From Setoptus koraiensis (taxonomy: Eukaryota; Animalia; Arthropoda), in contig CM106585.1 in NCBI GenBank assembly GCA_048013815.1, forward strand, positions 12,028,001 to 12,092,000: a stretch of 64,000 bases of DNA. Reading direction: 5' to 3'. How positions within the stretch are numbered: position 1 is the stretch's first letter; each line of letters begins with the position of its first letter. A program made the translations under genes and the position numbers. This document shows, piece by piece, positions 1-13,602 of this stretch. The notes below the pieces were generated by a model that saw nothing but the letters and a program-made list of their open reading frames with translations, had not been told where the DNA came from and did no database searches.

Positions 1-3000
1 GGTGACTATTGTTGCCCGGCCTTGCAAGGGCAGCAACAATCTGGTTGCAATAATGCCCTTAGTGCGCATCACACACACGCACGCATGCACCGACAGCGCG
101 CAATGCGCTGCAGCACAACCAGCCAAACGTTGGCGCACCAAGAGGGAGCGCGCCAGGGGAGGGCACAATCTGTCGATTCGCCATGCTCATTTTACCGTAC
201 AATTTGTACGTGCGTTATCGAACTTTCAATATTCGACAGGGGGGGGGGAGGCGTTTCGTTCGGCAACCTGTGCGCTGATGAAATGTTATCGAACGCTCTC
301 CAAATTCCACGCCATTGCCTGTCCCCAAACTGAGGCTGAATCTGGCCAAAGCAAACGACTGACAGGTCAGGTGAAAGCAAAAGTTCCTTTGCCCCTCCCC
401 CACCTGCTCATTTCCTCACAGAAGGCTCCGTCTCCCATCACCAATCACGATTCTGGTATGAGCACGTACCAATCGACTGAGGCCTCCCTTCGGGAGATAC
501 TGCGAACAGGTTGCACCGACCAGCAGACGTGATCTTTTCAATGATCGACACCTGACGATGCTCGAAATAAACAAAAACGGCTGGCTTGTGACACACGAAA
601 ATGTTGAAATTGTTGAAATTGTTGTTTGGTAGCTAACCAATAAACATGTTGCATAAACATCGCGCGAAAACACCGACTCCCAGATCTGGCAGCTGCTTAT
701 TTCATTGGTATATCCAGCTCACATTTCCTGTAACTTTGCTCCCTCTCACTCTCGCCGTCTTGTGCAAACCATGATATAATGAGTACCGAAAAAGGCTCCA
801 CGGCAGCAGAGTCTTTCTCGGGATCGCTGTCCAGCTTCGGGCCATATGTACGGGCCATATGCATGAACCGTCGCCTAATAACTCTTTTACCAGTGGGTTC
901 CCTTACAGGGTCCCATTACTTGAATACGCCCGAGGTCAAGCATGACGCATGCAATCAAGACAATTGGTGGCCGCAATCAGGTCAACACATTAGCTAATCG
1001 CTAACGGCTACTCGAAACGCTTCCCAGCTTTACGGCACATTGCGGCACTTGTCACAAATTCCTATCACATTTCAAAAGCAGCAGTCAGTTGTCCTTGGCA
1101 GAACGCTGCCGAGCGTTAAAACGAAAGTATCCAGCCATCCAGTTGGGTTAGAGAACAGCGCAAACAATGACGCAATAACAATCTCAAATGATTTCTCTCT
1201 CTTGGCCAACGCTAATCTAGCGGGTGTCTATGAATACTAAGTTGTATTATATTGTAACTAGTAAGACGACTGCCTCTAATTGTTCTAATGAAAACCATGG
1301 GTTGAACACGGTGTTAGCCATTGTCCAGAACATATCTCATGTCTCAACATTTCTCATCTCGTGCGGCTTGCAGCAACTAGCTGCTGGCCACTACCATAAC
1401 TCTAACTATTCCGATGGATGCGGATTGCGAATTTATCCGTGTTAACGAAACACAATGAGAAGAAGTTAATTTTGCAGCTTACAAGTTAACTGTTAATCAA
1501 GCCGCTTCGAAGAATTTGCCGAGGCAAGCGGCCAGTAAACGCGGTTACGCACACACCTACATCTCCAACGATGGATAGATTTAATCTCACTGACAGGTTT
1601 GCTATTAATTTCACACGGGCTCTCTGCAATGGCAAAGCAATTCCAACTGAGCAACTGGGTGGAATAATAGTAACGTAAAAGATTAATAAATCACCACTAA
1701 TCTAACATATTTTGTTGTTCATGTAGCACCCATAGTTTAAATGATTTATGTTGCAGCATTGGGAATGTACTCAATTGAAACTGGCTGGCTGCCTTTTAGC
1801 TCTATTATTATGACAGCATTTGTTAACTATTCACGACAACAAACTTGATGATGGCTCACAACAACAAAATAGTTTGCTCTGTCTAACAGATACCCACTAG
1901 TTACTACTTACCAACAATAAAGCGTTCGTTCATGTCAGAGGTAAAAAGTTAAAAGGTTATTATTTATTCCTCCCATGTTTCATTATACTACACAATTGTC
2001 TTATGTTGTGTTGTGTTGTGTTGCTTTTTATTGTTTGTCAACGATGATTGCTAATTTGAAGAGCAACAATGCAGGCATCAATCAGCGGAAGAGCAATGTT
2101 GACCAATGTTACTCGATGCTGCTGTCAAACAAAACTGCAATATTGCCCAATGGATTGAGAACAGCTCGACAAACAATCATCGCAGGTGAGTTTCGCTCAC
2201 TAAAAAGCCAATCTAGCGCGACAGGTAACTTTTTTTTATAAGGTGTCGTTAATGCCGGGACATAAACACACACAGGCTTGGTGTGGCAATCTCACAACTG
2301 ACAAGCGCACCGATGTGAACAGCAACCAATACAGGATACACAGATACACGAACACTCAAAAATACTCAAAAATACTCAAATACTCAGATACTCAGATGCC
2401 CAGCTACTCAAATACTCAAATACACAATTGCTCAGTCACAAAGCACAACCAAAACTAACAGGTGCAATCATAGACCCTTGGAAGTTTTTATGCAAGGGAG
2501 CTGTAATGTGGCATGCAGGTCTGGAGTTATGTAACCAAGTTTTCATGCAACAGCGACACACACACACAAGCGACGAAACGTTTTTAGATACGCTGATGTA
2601 ACTTTATGAATTATCACAATGAATTTTATCGAATTACTTTTCGGCTAATGCCTCGCAACAACATTGTGTGTATCATGGATGCATTTCAGTGGAATGAGTG
2701 TGTGCGAACTACATTTTATTGCTCGACGTCACTCGACTTATTTGATTAAAAGTGACACAGGGATCTGTCAGTTGCACCTTGAGCAGTTACTACGACCGTC
2801 ATAGTTCGACGATACCACTGCAACTATCTCGTTTCCATGTACTGACAAGCCTTCACTCTCAATAAATAGAGTGGCTAACTATTATTTAAGTGTGTCGTCA
2901 TTAGAGGCTCGTAATAATAAACCACTCCACTTGTAACTAATCAACCTTACTCGTGTTTTTACTGCCTCTGTTTGCCTCTCGATCAGCAACATTGATACTG

Positions 3001-5973
3001 GAACAGAGGTAATTAGGTCACTACAAGACTACAGCCAGACACCATCAGATTAGTTTAGTAGATTAGAACAGGATCTCTGGCATGGCAAATTCACAGTTTT
3101 AAAGCGAGGCCGACTGTATGCTGAACTAGACTAAAATTAAGCTCGCACCATGCATCGCTTGACTCGGGCGATAAATCTTTTTATTTCTGACCGCTCATGG
3201 CGGATAGATTCAAGCTTCACTCCATACTTAATCCCTGCTACCGTTGTTGAACTTTCTCTCTCGGATTACCGGAGCATTCCCAATAGATAATGACAACTAA
3301 CAAACACTCAACAAATGTTCCACACAACCATTAATTCATTTGTATGCAAATCGTTTACAGTTGATTATGTAGTCGGCAGTCTGGCTGATGATTCGTTGTC
3401 ATGGTCGGACGTATTCGGAAAGTTGTAAATCTTCGCAACAACTGATAGATAGATTGTATGAGCACAAATATGAGGGTCTGGAGAAAAGAAATGATTGCGA
3501 GCAGTCAAACTTGATATAGTAGTTGTTTGTTGCACAGTCACATTCACAGTTTTTCATCTCTCACCGTCATCTTGTTCTTGGCCACTCTCAAATAGATACA
3601 GAAAAGGTCTCTTTACAAACAACTGGATTCATGTAACACACCCATAGCTACTGCAAAGTAGGTTGCTACTACTGCACTAATATCTGTACATTGATATCAA
3701 TATTCATCGCTTTGAGATCATCATTCTAACCTGTTCTGACTGCTATCAGAAGAGAGGTGAAGTCATCTCGTAATTATTATTATTGGAAACGTTTCAATGA
3801 TAGCGTCACCCTAACAAGAGCTGTACCACTGGAAAACGTTTAGTCGGTCACACAAACAAAATCAGTTCACCTGTCCTCTCTGTGGTGTGTGCAATACTAA
3901 CAATTGTTCACCACCAGATTGTTGCTCGCCTTGTTGCCGCCAGAATAAAATAAGAAGAGTTACAAGTTCGAGTGCTCACCTGTTAGAAAATACACAATAT
4001 CAATTTATTATCTATTCAATGCGAACAGTGGCATTGCTCTTTAGATTTAGGTGAGCTCAAGTACCAAAACGAAGCTGAACACCGAAAAAATTATAGGCCC
4101 AAGATTGCGCAGAACCGCTACTGGCCCGACATAATCTAACAACTATTATTCAGAGTAGCTAAAATGGAACATTGATCAAATTGATTTGCGTGCCATGATC
4201 CATCAGTGATAGACACAAGCCAGATATATAGAGGGGATAAAAATAAAGACATTTATCCAAATAGACGCATTACAAATAGGACAGGTGATTGTATCTTGTT
4301 TTCCACCGTTTGTATCTGCGGTTGTTTACATAGATTGTTCAATGATTACACATGATGTTATGACACAATGTTATCATTGCAAATAGTAAATAATAAATGC
4401 ATTCCATCTTTCTATGGCAAACATTTTCTTCTGCTTCCGCTTTCAGGTAACTGCTTGGTGTGTTAACTGGATTCTAGTTCTGATTTTTACTTTATCAATA
4501 AACAAGTGGCATGTCAGATTCGAGTTGTGGTAGCTCAGTCGGTTATCGACGAGGCTGTCAAACATGCAATAAACAGGTGAAAAATTTGTTTCCTTTATAC
4601 TAATTGGTTGTTAGTTGGCCGTCGTATAATTAGAAACAAAATTAACAAACAGTTGTATATATCATAACAGTGTGCGCTTTCAGTTGTGTTGCTTGATTAC
4701 ATTAATTAATGACTTGCAAGCCAGAGTGAACATTACTTATGTAACAATTTCTGGCTTTCTTTAAATCTATTCGACAACATTTATGATAACAAATGGCTAC
4801 AGTAAATCTTCATGCTAAAAGCTCGAAGTAAGAGAGCGACTTGGAGATTATTATAATTAGTCTGCTGCTGGTTTCTGCATTAATAATCGGCCTGCAACTT
4901 TTACTGCCAACTCTTGTCTCCAATCTCACAATGTCAATATGAAGCAATAGCACTGTGCATTTTCAATCGATTCAATTGACAGGCCTTAAGCTATGCCTGG
5001 TTAATTAATAGAATCCCTTATGGCAGACAGATTATGTGATAGTGACCTTGATAACATCTTCGAGCATAGACAGATTAGTAAAGTTTGCATCGTATTTCTA
5101 TCTCGATAGTTCTGTCTGACAAGTCTTGTGAGTTGGCGCTATTGTTTGGATTTGTTTGTCATTGAGCACTGAATCGAACAAGCCTTATCTTCTCCTAGCG
5201 CTGTATCATTGAGTTAACTCGACGACTAGACCTGGTTAAGCAAAATGTACACAATTAGATACATTCTTGCAAGAACTCAACCTGAATCACATTGCCTATG
5301 ACTTATTCATCATATCTCATCATAATGCAATTCGAGGAAAGTTTGAGTCGTGATTGCCCAGTAGCAGAGCGACTGATGATTATTCAACTATAGAGTTCAA
5401 CTGTCGCTAAGGCCAAATTGGTTCGACAAGTATCTTATCGAGAGTCACATTGTCGCTGGTGACATTCACGGAGAAATGTCCAGTGCATAGATTTTCTCAT
5501 TTGCTCTATGATTTTACATTGTGTAACTATGATGAAAGAGATTCACGTCCACTGGTGTCGACATGCTAACTATTTTCGGTGACACAATTTCAGTACCCAG
5601 TCTGAATTAGAAAAATAGAGAAATTTTGTGCGATTCGAGCACGGAGCCCAATAGATTATGGTACTCTCGTTTAAATTATGTGGCCCATCTCTCATGATGT
5701 CTGTAACCTGTTACATATCTCAATGATACTTGACTAGGCTGAAGTGAACCTGCTTTCACACAGATACTCGCAACCTGTTCTCTGACAAGATTGTGAGCAA
5801 GATTTTGACAGTGGTGAGCTTGTCAAATTCAAACAGCTGATCCCTGGTGTTAAAGCATGGTGATGGATTTTTTTATTTACTTCTAGACTCATCTTGACCC
5901 GATGATATTGTTCGACCGTAATAACAGCTAGCCCTTTCATATTAAACGCAATCAGAATTTTTCAGGTGTGATC

Positions 5974-7009
5974 ATGTTTGCAATAGTTAGAGGCGTTGGC
6001 CGCTCTCTCGTTCCCAGAAGACAATCAGGCATCACGGTAGGTGAGTGGCCCTAACTGATGGCTCAACCTGTATATCCGACACTGTCTAATAATAATCACC
6101 TTTATTTCAACACATCCTTGATTCTTAAAGTCAGCTATCTTTTGTATAAATCAATCAAGCGATAACCTGGCATTTGAACAAAAACATTACCATAACATTT
6201 CGTTTGACAAGGTCTCGGAGCATGTTGCTTTCATCAAATTGAATAGACCCAAAAAGAGAAACGCCGTAGATTTCGCCACTTGCGATGAACTTTGTCGGGC
6301 ATTTGAGGATTTTGAGAACAACAAGGAATGGCGCTGTGCCATACTTAGTGGCGAGGGAAAGGATTTTACCAATGGATTGGATTTGCAAGAAGCTATGAAC
6401 CAATTTGGCGAGTTTGCACAAATCGACGATGTCGGTAGAAAAGCCAAGGCAGTCAAAGGGATGGTGGAAAAATTCCAGGCCCCATTCAAAGTTATGGACA
6501 GATTATCGAAACCATTAATATGTGTTTTGCACGGCAATTGTATTGGTCTGGGCATGGAATTGGCCGCTGGTTGTGATGTCCGTTATTGTTCGGAGGACAC
6601 AAGCTTCTCAATTCGTGAAGTTAAGATAGGCATAGCTGCAGATGTGGGAAGCTTGCAGAAACTTCCCCTTCTCATGTCTAATCAAAGCTACCTCAGAGAA
6701 CTCGTCTACACCGGAAGACCTATGCCAGCTTCTGATGCGCTCAAGTTTGGTCTAGTTAGCAGGATATGTCCGTCCAAACAAAATACTTTCGAAGAAGCTT
6801 TAGCACTGGCTCAAGAGATAGCCAAACTATCGCCAGTTGCTGTTCAAGGATCTAAAGTTAATCTTAGATTCAGCACAAACCAACCTTTTGGAGTTGGATT
6901 AGAATATGCAGCTGTTTGGAATATGGCCATGATGCAAAGTAAGGATGTTGCCGATGCCATCACGTCTATCATTACCAAAAGTGATGATACTAAGTTTGAC
7001 CCGTATTGA
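5974..7009 (+). CDS. ECH1: Delta(3,5)-Delta(2,4)-dienoyl-CoA isomerase (crotonase family), exons 5974-6040 + 6135-7009
   Basis: Motifs LNRPKKRNA, HGNCIGLGMELAAGCDVR and EVKIGIAADVGSLQKLP are typical of ECH1. Arg-rich mitochondrial-type leader MFAIVRGVGRSLVPRR in exon 1; donor GTGAGT at 6041 and acceptor TCAG at 6134 keep frame. Confidence 0.88.
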
Positions 7010-8356
7010 TCGCTCTTTCACAACCGAGACGTTTCTTTCTAAAAACTGATCGCGAGAAGGCAAAGAAACGAACGACACTCACAACGTTCCTTATTAAATT
7101 GAGCTCATCGAGTCACAAACCCTGTACGATTTGTTAGATAAATGAACGCTTTTTGGGTCCAAAAAATACCCACCTAGGTACAATCAAATTTTTGTTTTTT
7201 TTTTTATTTTTCTATAAACAGCATGAAAACGTTGCCCACGAACACCAAAGAATTTGAGGTTTTATGATGTAACTGGCGAGATCACAACATCGAAGACTAG
7301 ATTTTCGAGCGCTCACACTGAGTGTTAGTGTGATGATATAATGATAAGGCGAGCCAGTGAGACGGTGAGATATTGAGTCGAATGGCAAGCACTATGCAAA
7401 AGTGCCATCAGTAGTTTAAAGGCGTCTTCAACATGAGCGGCTAATTAGTCATAATGAAAGATGTTCATTTCGTTGTTTTGGCAGTGCTTCAGTGATCATA
7501 GCTCAACTAATTAAAACTTTCTTTTAGCGACGTTCCATAATTGCCTGCTACAACATCTACTAGTGCTGATCGAATAATGATGAGTTTGGCTTCATTGGCC
7601 CCCGCGTTTGCTCAAGTTACGACTTAAGTTAAAGCAAGAAAAGGCGAGCTAAAGATGAGTAAAAAGATGATACTACAAAGAATGTAGTGCCAAGGGAGCT
7701 ATATTAGCTATGATAATGATAGCTATCAGATAATTGCATAACAAACACATGAACTGTCAGAGTCGTCGACAGGGTATGCATAATATAATATTACTACTCT
7801 ATATTTAACTGTAGGTATATACAGGAAATCCATTGATGACGGTGTTTTTCTTTATTTTCAGTTTGAGCTTTTTCCTTTTTGTTTCTTTTTCTCTTCATTG
7901 CAACAACTCTGCTAGATTGATTCTGCTGCATTCTGTTCATTGAATCCCGGGCTAATCTCTCTTTTGTCATCAATCACATCATAGCTATCCAGCTCGCTTC
8001 TCTATATATATATATTATGACTGTGCCTAGCGATTGTCGAACACTTCGCAAATGCTACTGCTCCCAATGCAATCTTTCGCACCATCGCAACGGTCTTTAG
8101 ATAGTGCTATAGCGACTGTGCGAGGGTGTATAATTGAATTGTGAATTTATTGAGCGCTGACTAGTTAATAATTAGATTTTTCACAATCGATTAACTCATC
8201 ATTATTAGTTCTATCAAGTTTTGATAATCGGCGCTCATGTAACCGATTACCACACAAAACCACACAAAACCTAAACGCAAAACGTGAAATTCAGAAGATC
8301 TTTTCAAATCATAAAAATATAAGATAAACACATTGCAAGTCAACTAGGCCATATAA

Positions 8357-9540
8357 ATGGACGTGCTCGACATATCCGACCAACTGGTCAAATTGACCAT
8401 GTATCCCTACTTCGAACTGTGTCACTTAATCATCTGTTGCATGAACATTCGCGCCGATCTCGGCCAAGGTGAGTCCCAGTTGAGCCCATGAATTATCTGG
8501 ACATAGCAGTGTATCATTTATTAATCAATTTTTTCCATCTCGGCACCGTCTCTACAATTGTCGCCCAACATTGTGTGACACCCCTAGGTGCCCTCTTCTT
8601 CTCTAGGCGGCACCCGTTTGCATGTTGGCTGTCCGCCATGCTTACGATGTTCGCCTCGACACTGTTATCAAATTTTATGCTCAACGAACCAATTGTTGCC
8701 GCCTTCTCAAATACCCAACACACGCTACTAGCCACCATTGTCTGGTACGTGATGTTTTATTCACCATTTGATATCAGTTTTAAATTATGCAATTTTTTAC
8801 TCGTGCGCGCCATTCTGGAAATCAGCAACGAACTATACAGATGTAACAGAATACTTCACGGTGTTGTATTGACTTCACGCATCTACCCAAACAGTTATTT
8901 CTCTATCTGGATTATGGGTGTAATACAGGGCAACGGATCTGGCCTCATAAGATTGCTAGAGAGGTTGTTTCGTGGGGCGAACATAGCACCAACCATTAGT
9001 GAATTTATGCAACCAAGCAGCGCTACCAAATACAGTTTAATAGCTTCGTTGGTGTTCATAGTGGACAGAAAAAAGAGCGACATTTATCTGTTGAACGAGA
9101 TGCCTCACAATTTAATCTATTTATGTCTGGTGTTGTTCTTTGTTTATTTCAAGTTGTCCTCTTTATTAATTGGCCTTCATGATCCATTTTTGCCCGTAGA
9201 AAATCTCATTAGTGCCCTAATATTTGGCGGTATTTGGGACGCAATAGAGCGTGTTTTATCACACAACAGCACCAACAAGCAAGAAGGTCACCATCAGTAT
9301 CAGCGCATGAGACATCATCAGAATCGTTATCGTTCAGGCAGTGGACAAACCAGCAGTTCATCAGGCCAAATGAATCATTCATCAATATCGCCTATTTCAA
9401 CAACGGCTAGCATCTCGACGAGTAGCAACAATATCAATAGCAACAACAACAGGATACCACCAGCAGAGCAACAGACATCGCGTAATGTCCGGCAAATGTG
9501 CATGCCAGTGGAGAGGCGCATCGTCAAAGAAGTCACCTAG
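8357..9540 (+). CDS. TMEM38: Trimeric intracellular cation channel (TRIC), exons 8357-8468 + 8588-9540
   Basis: Exon 1 MDVLDISDQLVKLTMYPYFELCH joins in phase 1 to GALFFSRRHPFACWLS; GVIQGNGSG motif; multiple TM segments; low-complexity C-tail. Confidence 0.9.
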
Positions 9541-10004
9541 ATTATCATATAACAAATATCAAGTGTTACATAGTTGCAGTCCAGGCTATTTACACTGATC
9601 TGTGAGCCTGTTGTTGTGGACGTCGTTTGTTTATTGCGTCCACCCGTCTGCCTACTGTAGCCGATATGTCATCAGACGAAAAAAATCCTCATTAGAGGCT
9701 CCTGAGAGGATATTTAATCGATAGAGGACCATTGATTATTCATGAATATCCGGAAAGTTTCGAAAAACTACGGGGTTAAATCAAAATCAAGCCAAAATCA
9801 ATTCAATTTTACCGCGCGAAAATGAAGTGAATATATCAAAAGCATGACCATTTTTCGCATTTGGACTCATTCGCATTTGGATGACTGTAAACATATCTCA
9901 CCTGGCCATTGTCCCAATCAATTGATTCAACGACAGGACTCTCCTCTACAGTTTATCATGGATATTTAATCTCAACTCTTCCTAGGCGATTTTCCATCGA
10001 CGAC

Positions 10005-10613
10005 ATGATGAATTTTATTGAGTCAAGCGTTAAGAAGTGGATCTGTCCATCGGATAGGGAGCTAACGCTACGCGCTAAATTAGATTCAGGTTGGTCATTC
10101 CGAACAAATTCAACTTGTTCATCTACCATAAGTGAGGCCGAACAAGAAGCAATAGCCAAAGTGTTGCAACGAGCTAGTCAAATTCAACAGATCGAAGATA
10201 TGAGAGTCAAAAGTCTAAACGAGAAGCTAGAGAATATCAAAAAACAAGCCAGAGGAGACGGAAAGAAAAATTGTATATTGTGCAATGATCAGCCGAGGAT
10301 CTTCTCTAGATTCCATACGTGTAATGACTGCCATAATGTTAGTATTAGCCATGCTATATAATATTCACCTTGTGTTCGATAAGATCAATTCTCAAGTCCG
10401 CAAACTAATGGTAACTCAGTCTAATCTTATAAACAATTTTGTTAATTTTACATTATATCCATCACTCAGGCTGTATGCAACAAATGTAGCTTAGACACCT
10501 ACAATTTAGACTCTGATGAATCTATATGGTTATGCAAAATTTGCTCTGAGACAAGAGAGGTATTCAAGAAAACTAATATGTGGACGCAATATTGTCATTT
10601 ACCAAACAATTAA
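10005..10613 (+). CDS. Rabphilin/Noc2-like Rab effector (Rab-binding domain with Zn finger only), exons 10005-10337 + 10470-10613
   Basis: WICPSDRELTLRAKLDSGWS, CILC..CNDC and, after a phase-0 intron, VCNKC..WLCKICSETRE match the rabphilin/RPH3AL Rab-binding domain; stop at 10611-10613. Confidence 0.82.
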
Positions 10614-11241
10614 TTTCATTTGAACAACCTCAGTAACTTTACTTAAGCAACTCACAAAGTAGATTTGAAAGAAAAGTTTCGACGCTTCTCTTTGTTTATG
10701 TTTGCCATCATCTCGACTGCTACTAAAAAAAGTTTTGTTGAGATTCAATCTTCCTTTTTTATTTAACAATGGAATGATTGATCTCAGTTTGTTAATCTCA
10801 TTCGTGTAACTATTGAAAATAAAACCTCTCATTAGCAATAATTCTTTATTTTCGCTGCGTCGGTTGAAGTCAGATATTCATATAGAGATGATAGTTCAAA
10901 GGTGTGTATACTTTTTGCACTGTGAGAATCAACTATAAGCCGCTTATTTTTAGCAATCCCATTTAAATAGGAAAAAATGTTGCAAAATCGCGGCCTTCTA
11001 CTAAGCTGGTAACTAATTATACTATGATTAGTAAGGCAATAAAAAATTACACCCCTCAACAACAGACACTATACAACAGACCTATAGAAAATTGCACAAA
11101 TCAGGAATAATTCAGGACATAGCGATGTCAATGGAAACACTTGTCACAATAACGGAGCTCACACGACAAGATCCAGGGGATAGAATCTTGTTAACAAGTA
11201 AGTGTAAGGGGAGTATCGTTGAATGTAGTTTGATTGCGAGC

Positions 11242-12639
11242 TCAATTTAATTCTTCAATAACCTCAAATTTTATGCCTTTCGCCATCAGTCTCTCTATTA
11301 GATTTGTGTCTCGGAATGCGGCACCAGGACTAAGTACACCATAGCCGGGTAGTTTGGATCTATCATTCAGAAGGGTAATTGCTGCTTGTACTATAATTAT
11401 TGCTGTGGCTATATATCCTGGATCTGGGCCACTCACCCTTGTGACTATCTTCTTTATGGGTGGTTCATCGTGCTGACGATCAATATCATCGTATTTGTCG
11501 CTCCAACCATAACCAATTATAGTATTTGAGAAAGAGTTTTTCATCAAGGATTCGCGGTTTATAGTGCCTTTTTTGACAACCCCCATTGAGAAGAACCTAG
11601 GAAAGGTCTCGAGTAGATAGCAGCCGATCTTGAAATGAGTCAAGAAATTAAATATAGAAGCAAATGCCAGAACTTTCGCGGCGCTCATAAGTGACCCAAT
11701 CCGGATGTACGTCTCGCACGCTACAGGACGTTCGTTCTGGTTGTGATACTTATATAATTCGCTTCTTCTAACAACAGACCTATCCGAACCCATGAATGTA
11801 GCACAATATCCCTTCTCATCTCTATGGATGAATCCTCGCTGCGGCAACCGATATTTAGGCTTTGATTTGGGGCTCGGCAGCACTTCCTTAAACAGTTTAG
11901 CCCTAACGGGCGCTAACTCTTTCGAATTGGCCAGGCCATGTATCGCAGACCACCATGTTCCATAGTTAATTTGGGCCTTGCCGGCACAATCCCATTCCAT
12001 GATAATCTCGCAACCTACCAGATCCCCTTTGCAAACACTTTTTGTCCATGTTATACCACAGTCTGTCGGTATAGAATCCCAACCTGCAGCTCCAATAAGA
12101 TGAATTTTCTTCTGCTTGGCCTTTTCGTGGTATTTCAGTTGCATTGTTTCCAAAAACTGCGGCTCACCAGAAATATCTACGTAATCTGTAGCAGCTTCTA
12201 AGCAAGCTTTAACGACAGGTTCACCTGTTGACGAGTGAAAAGCGCTGTTGGTTATTAAATTTATATCAATATAGTGAAGAGAAGAGTGAAATTATGTGAA
12301 CAAATAATTGCTACTAATATCCATTTATCGTAACTCACCAAAGAATCTATAAGGTCCAACAACACTAATCACCAGTGTTGTTTGTTTGCACATTGCCAAC
12401 ACAGAGTCATAATTGTCCGAATCGGCCTCAATCGTTGACACATGGCTGGAATCAATATTTGTGTGGACCTTGGCATCAGTGAGAACTTTGCGTAATTTGT
12501 CTTTGTTTCTGCCAGCCACGGCCCACTTGATATTGTCTGAGGCCTTGGTACAATTAAGCATCTCTTCGACGACATACTGGCCAGTAAAACCAGATGCTCC
12601 ATAAATAATAATATCAAATTGTCGTTCACTTGATGTCAT
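11242..12639 (-). CDS. SCCPDH: Saccharopine dehydrogenase-like oxidoreductase, exons 12639-12339 + 12224-11242
   Basis: Rossmann motif IIIYGASGFTG, AVAGRN, VGPYRFFG|EPVVKAC, YVDISGEP, AAGWDSIP, GPDPGYIAT; phase-1 intron with canonical ends. Confidence 0.92.
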
Positions 12640-13181
12640 CGTGAATGTTTGATAAAATTCAACATACGTACAGACAATATAAAATAACGCTGATTGTTGA
12701 CAAATTTGTTTGTGTCACAACGGTTAGTGGTTCTAATGTTTTGAGACAACCGAGTGGATTATTGCTTCTTCTTCTGAGACAAATACTCATGTACTACTCA
12801 GACAAGCCATTTGTGGCTCTTCCATTAAGCCCCTCCCTCTTGCTGCGAAATTTCATTCTGATAATCACACCTGTACTTGTAACCATTATGTAATGGTGAG
12901 TAGCGCGTTGTAAGTCGCTTGGGAGTTCGTGTAAATGATATTTTGTCGGAGTGGCGTTTTTATAGAAAGCTAGAACGCTAAGAGTGCACAGTTTATTCTA
13001 TCCCTATGGTGATGAAAGTATGTCTATCATTGAGCACAAAACCAATAAGACTTATGAATCATTGAACAACAAATTAGATTTATGAGTGACACACACAAGA
13101 CATGTTAGACATATAAGAGAATCGTTTTATATCCAATAAATACCAATAGTATATAGATCACTATCTAGAAACAGTTGTTGT

Positions 13182-13602
13182 TCACTTTGACTTTTCCAGA
13201 TCTGCCAAGAGATCCTTGCCGGCCTTAATGGCATCCTCATGCTTTTTAATCTCCTCCTGTAGATGGTCTTTCAATTTCTTCTTCATTGCATTGTTTTGTT
13301 TGCTAAAGTACATCTCTTCTTGGGCTGCTTCACGTTTGCCCATGGCTCCGCCAGCATCGCGTATACTGCATTGATTTGGGTTATGAAATTGTTGAGAATC
13401 AATGTATTGGAGGGTTAGATTGGCGACACAACAGTGACATAGCGCATGTTTGTCTACAAGTTTCGCATCAGCAAGTGTCTTCTTACCTTCCCCCGGCACC
13501 ACCTCCCTTGCCCGAACCTGAACCATATTCTCCGCTACTCATGTGTCTAGCTCCTCTGATGATGACGCTTCGCAACAAAATTTGTGATCTGGTGGCAATC
13601 AT
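13182..13602 (-). CDS. ATP5IF1: Mitochondrial ATPase inhibitor IF1, exons 13602-13487 + 13365-13182
   Basis: Presequence then GSGSGKGGGAGG|SIRDAGGAMGKREAAQEEMYF and a coiled-coil tail; GTAAGA donor and TGCAG acceptor in phase 2. Confidence 0.9.

Noticed and set aside
2-532. 176-aa ORF at the window start
   Set aside because: No recognisable motif, runs through AC and G homopolymer tracts, and overlapping ORFs are of similar quality.
4524-4544. tRNA-like A-box GGTAGCTCAGTCGGTT
   Set aside because: No matching D-stem partner, anticodon arm, T-loop or acceptor stem follows.
10599-11062. Two abutting minus-strand ORFs (79 and 76 aa)
   Set aside because: AT-rich, non-ATG starts, no homology recognised; likely 3' UTR or intergenic.
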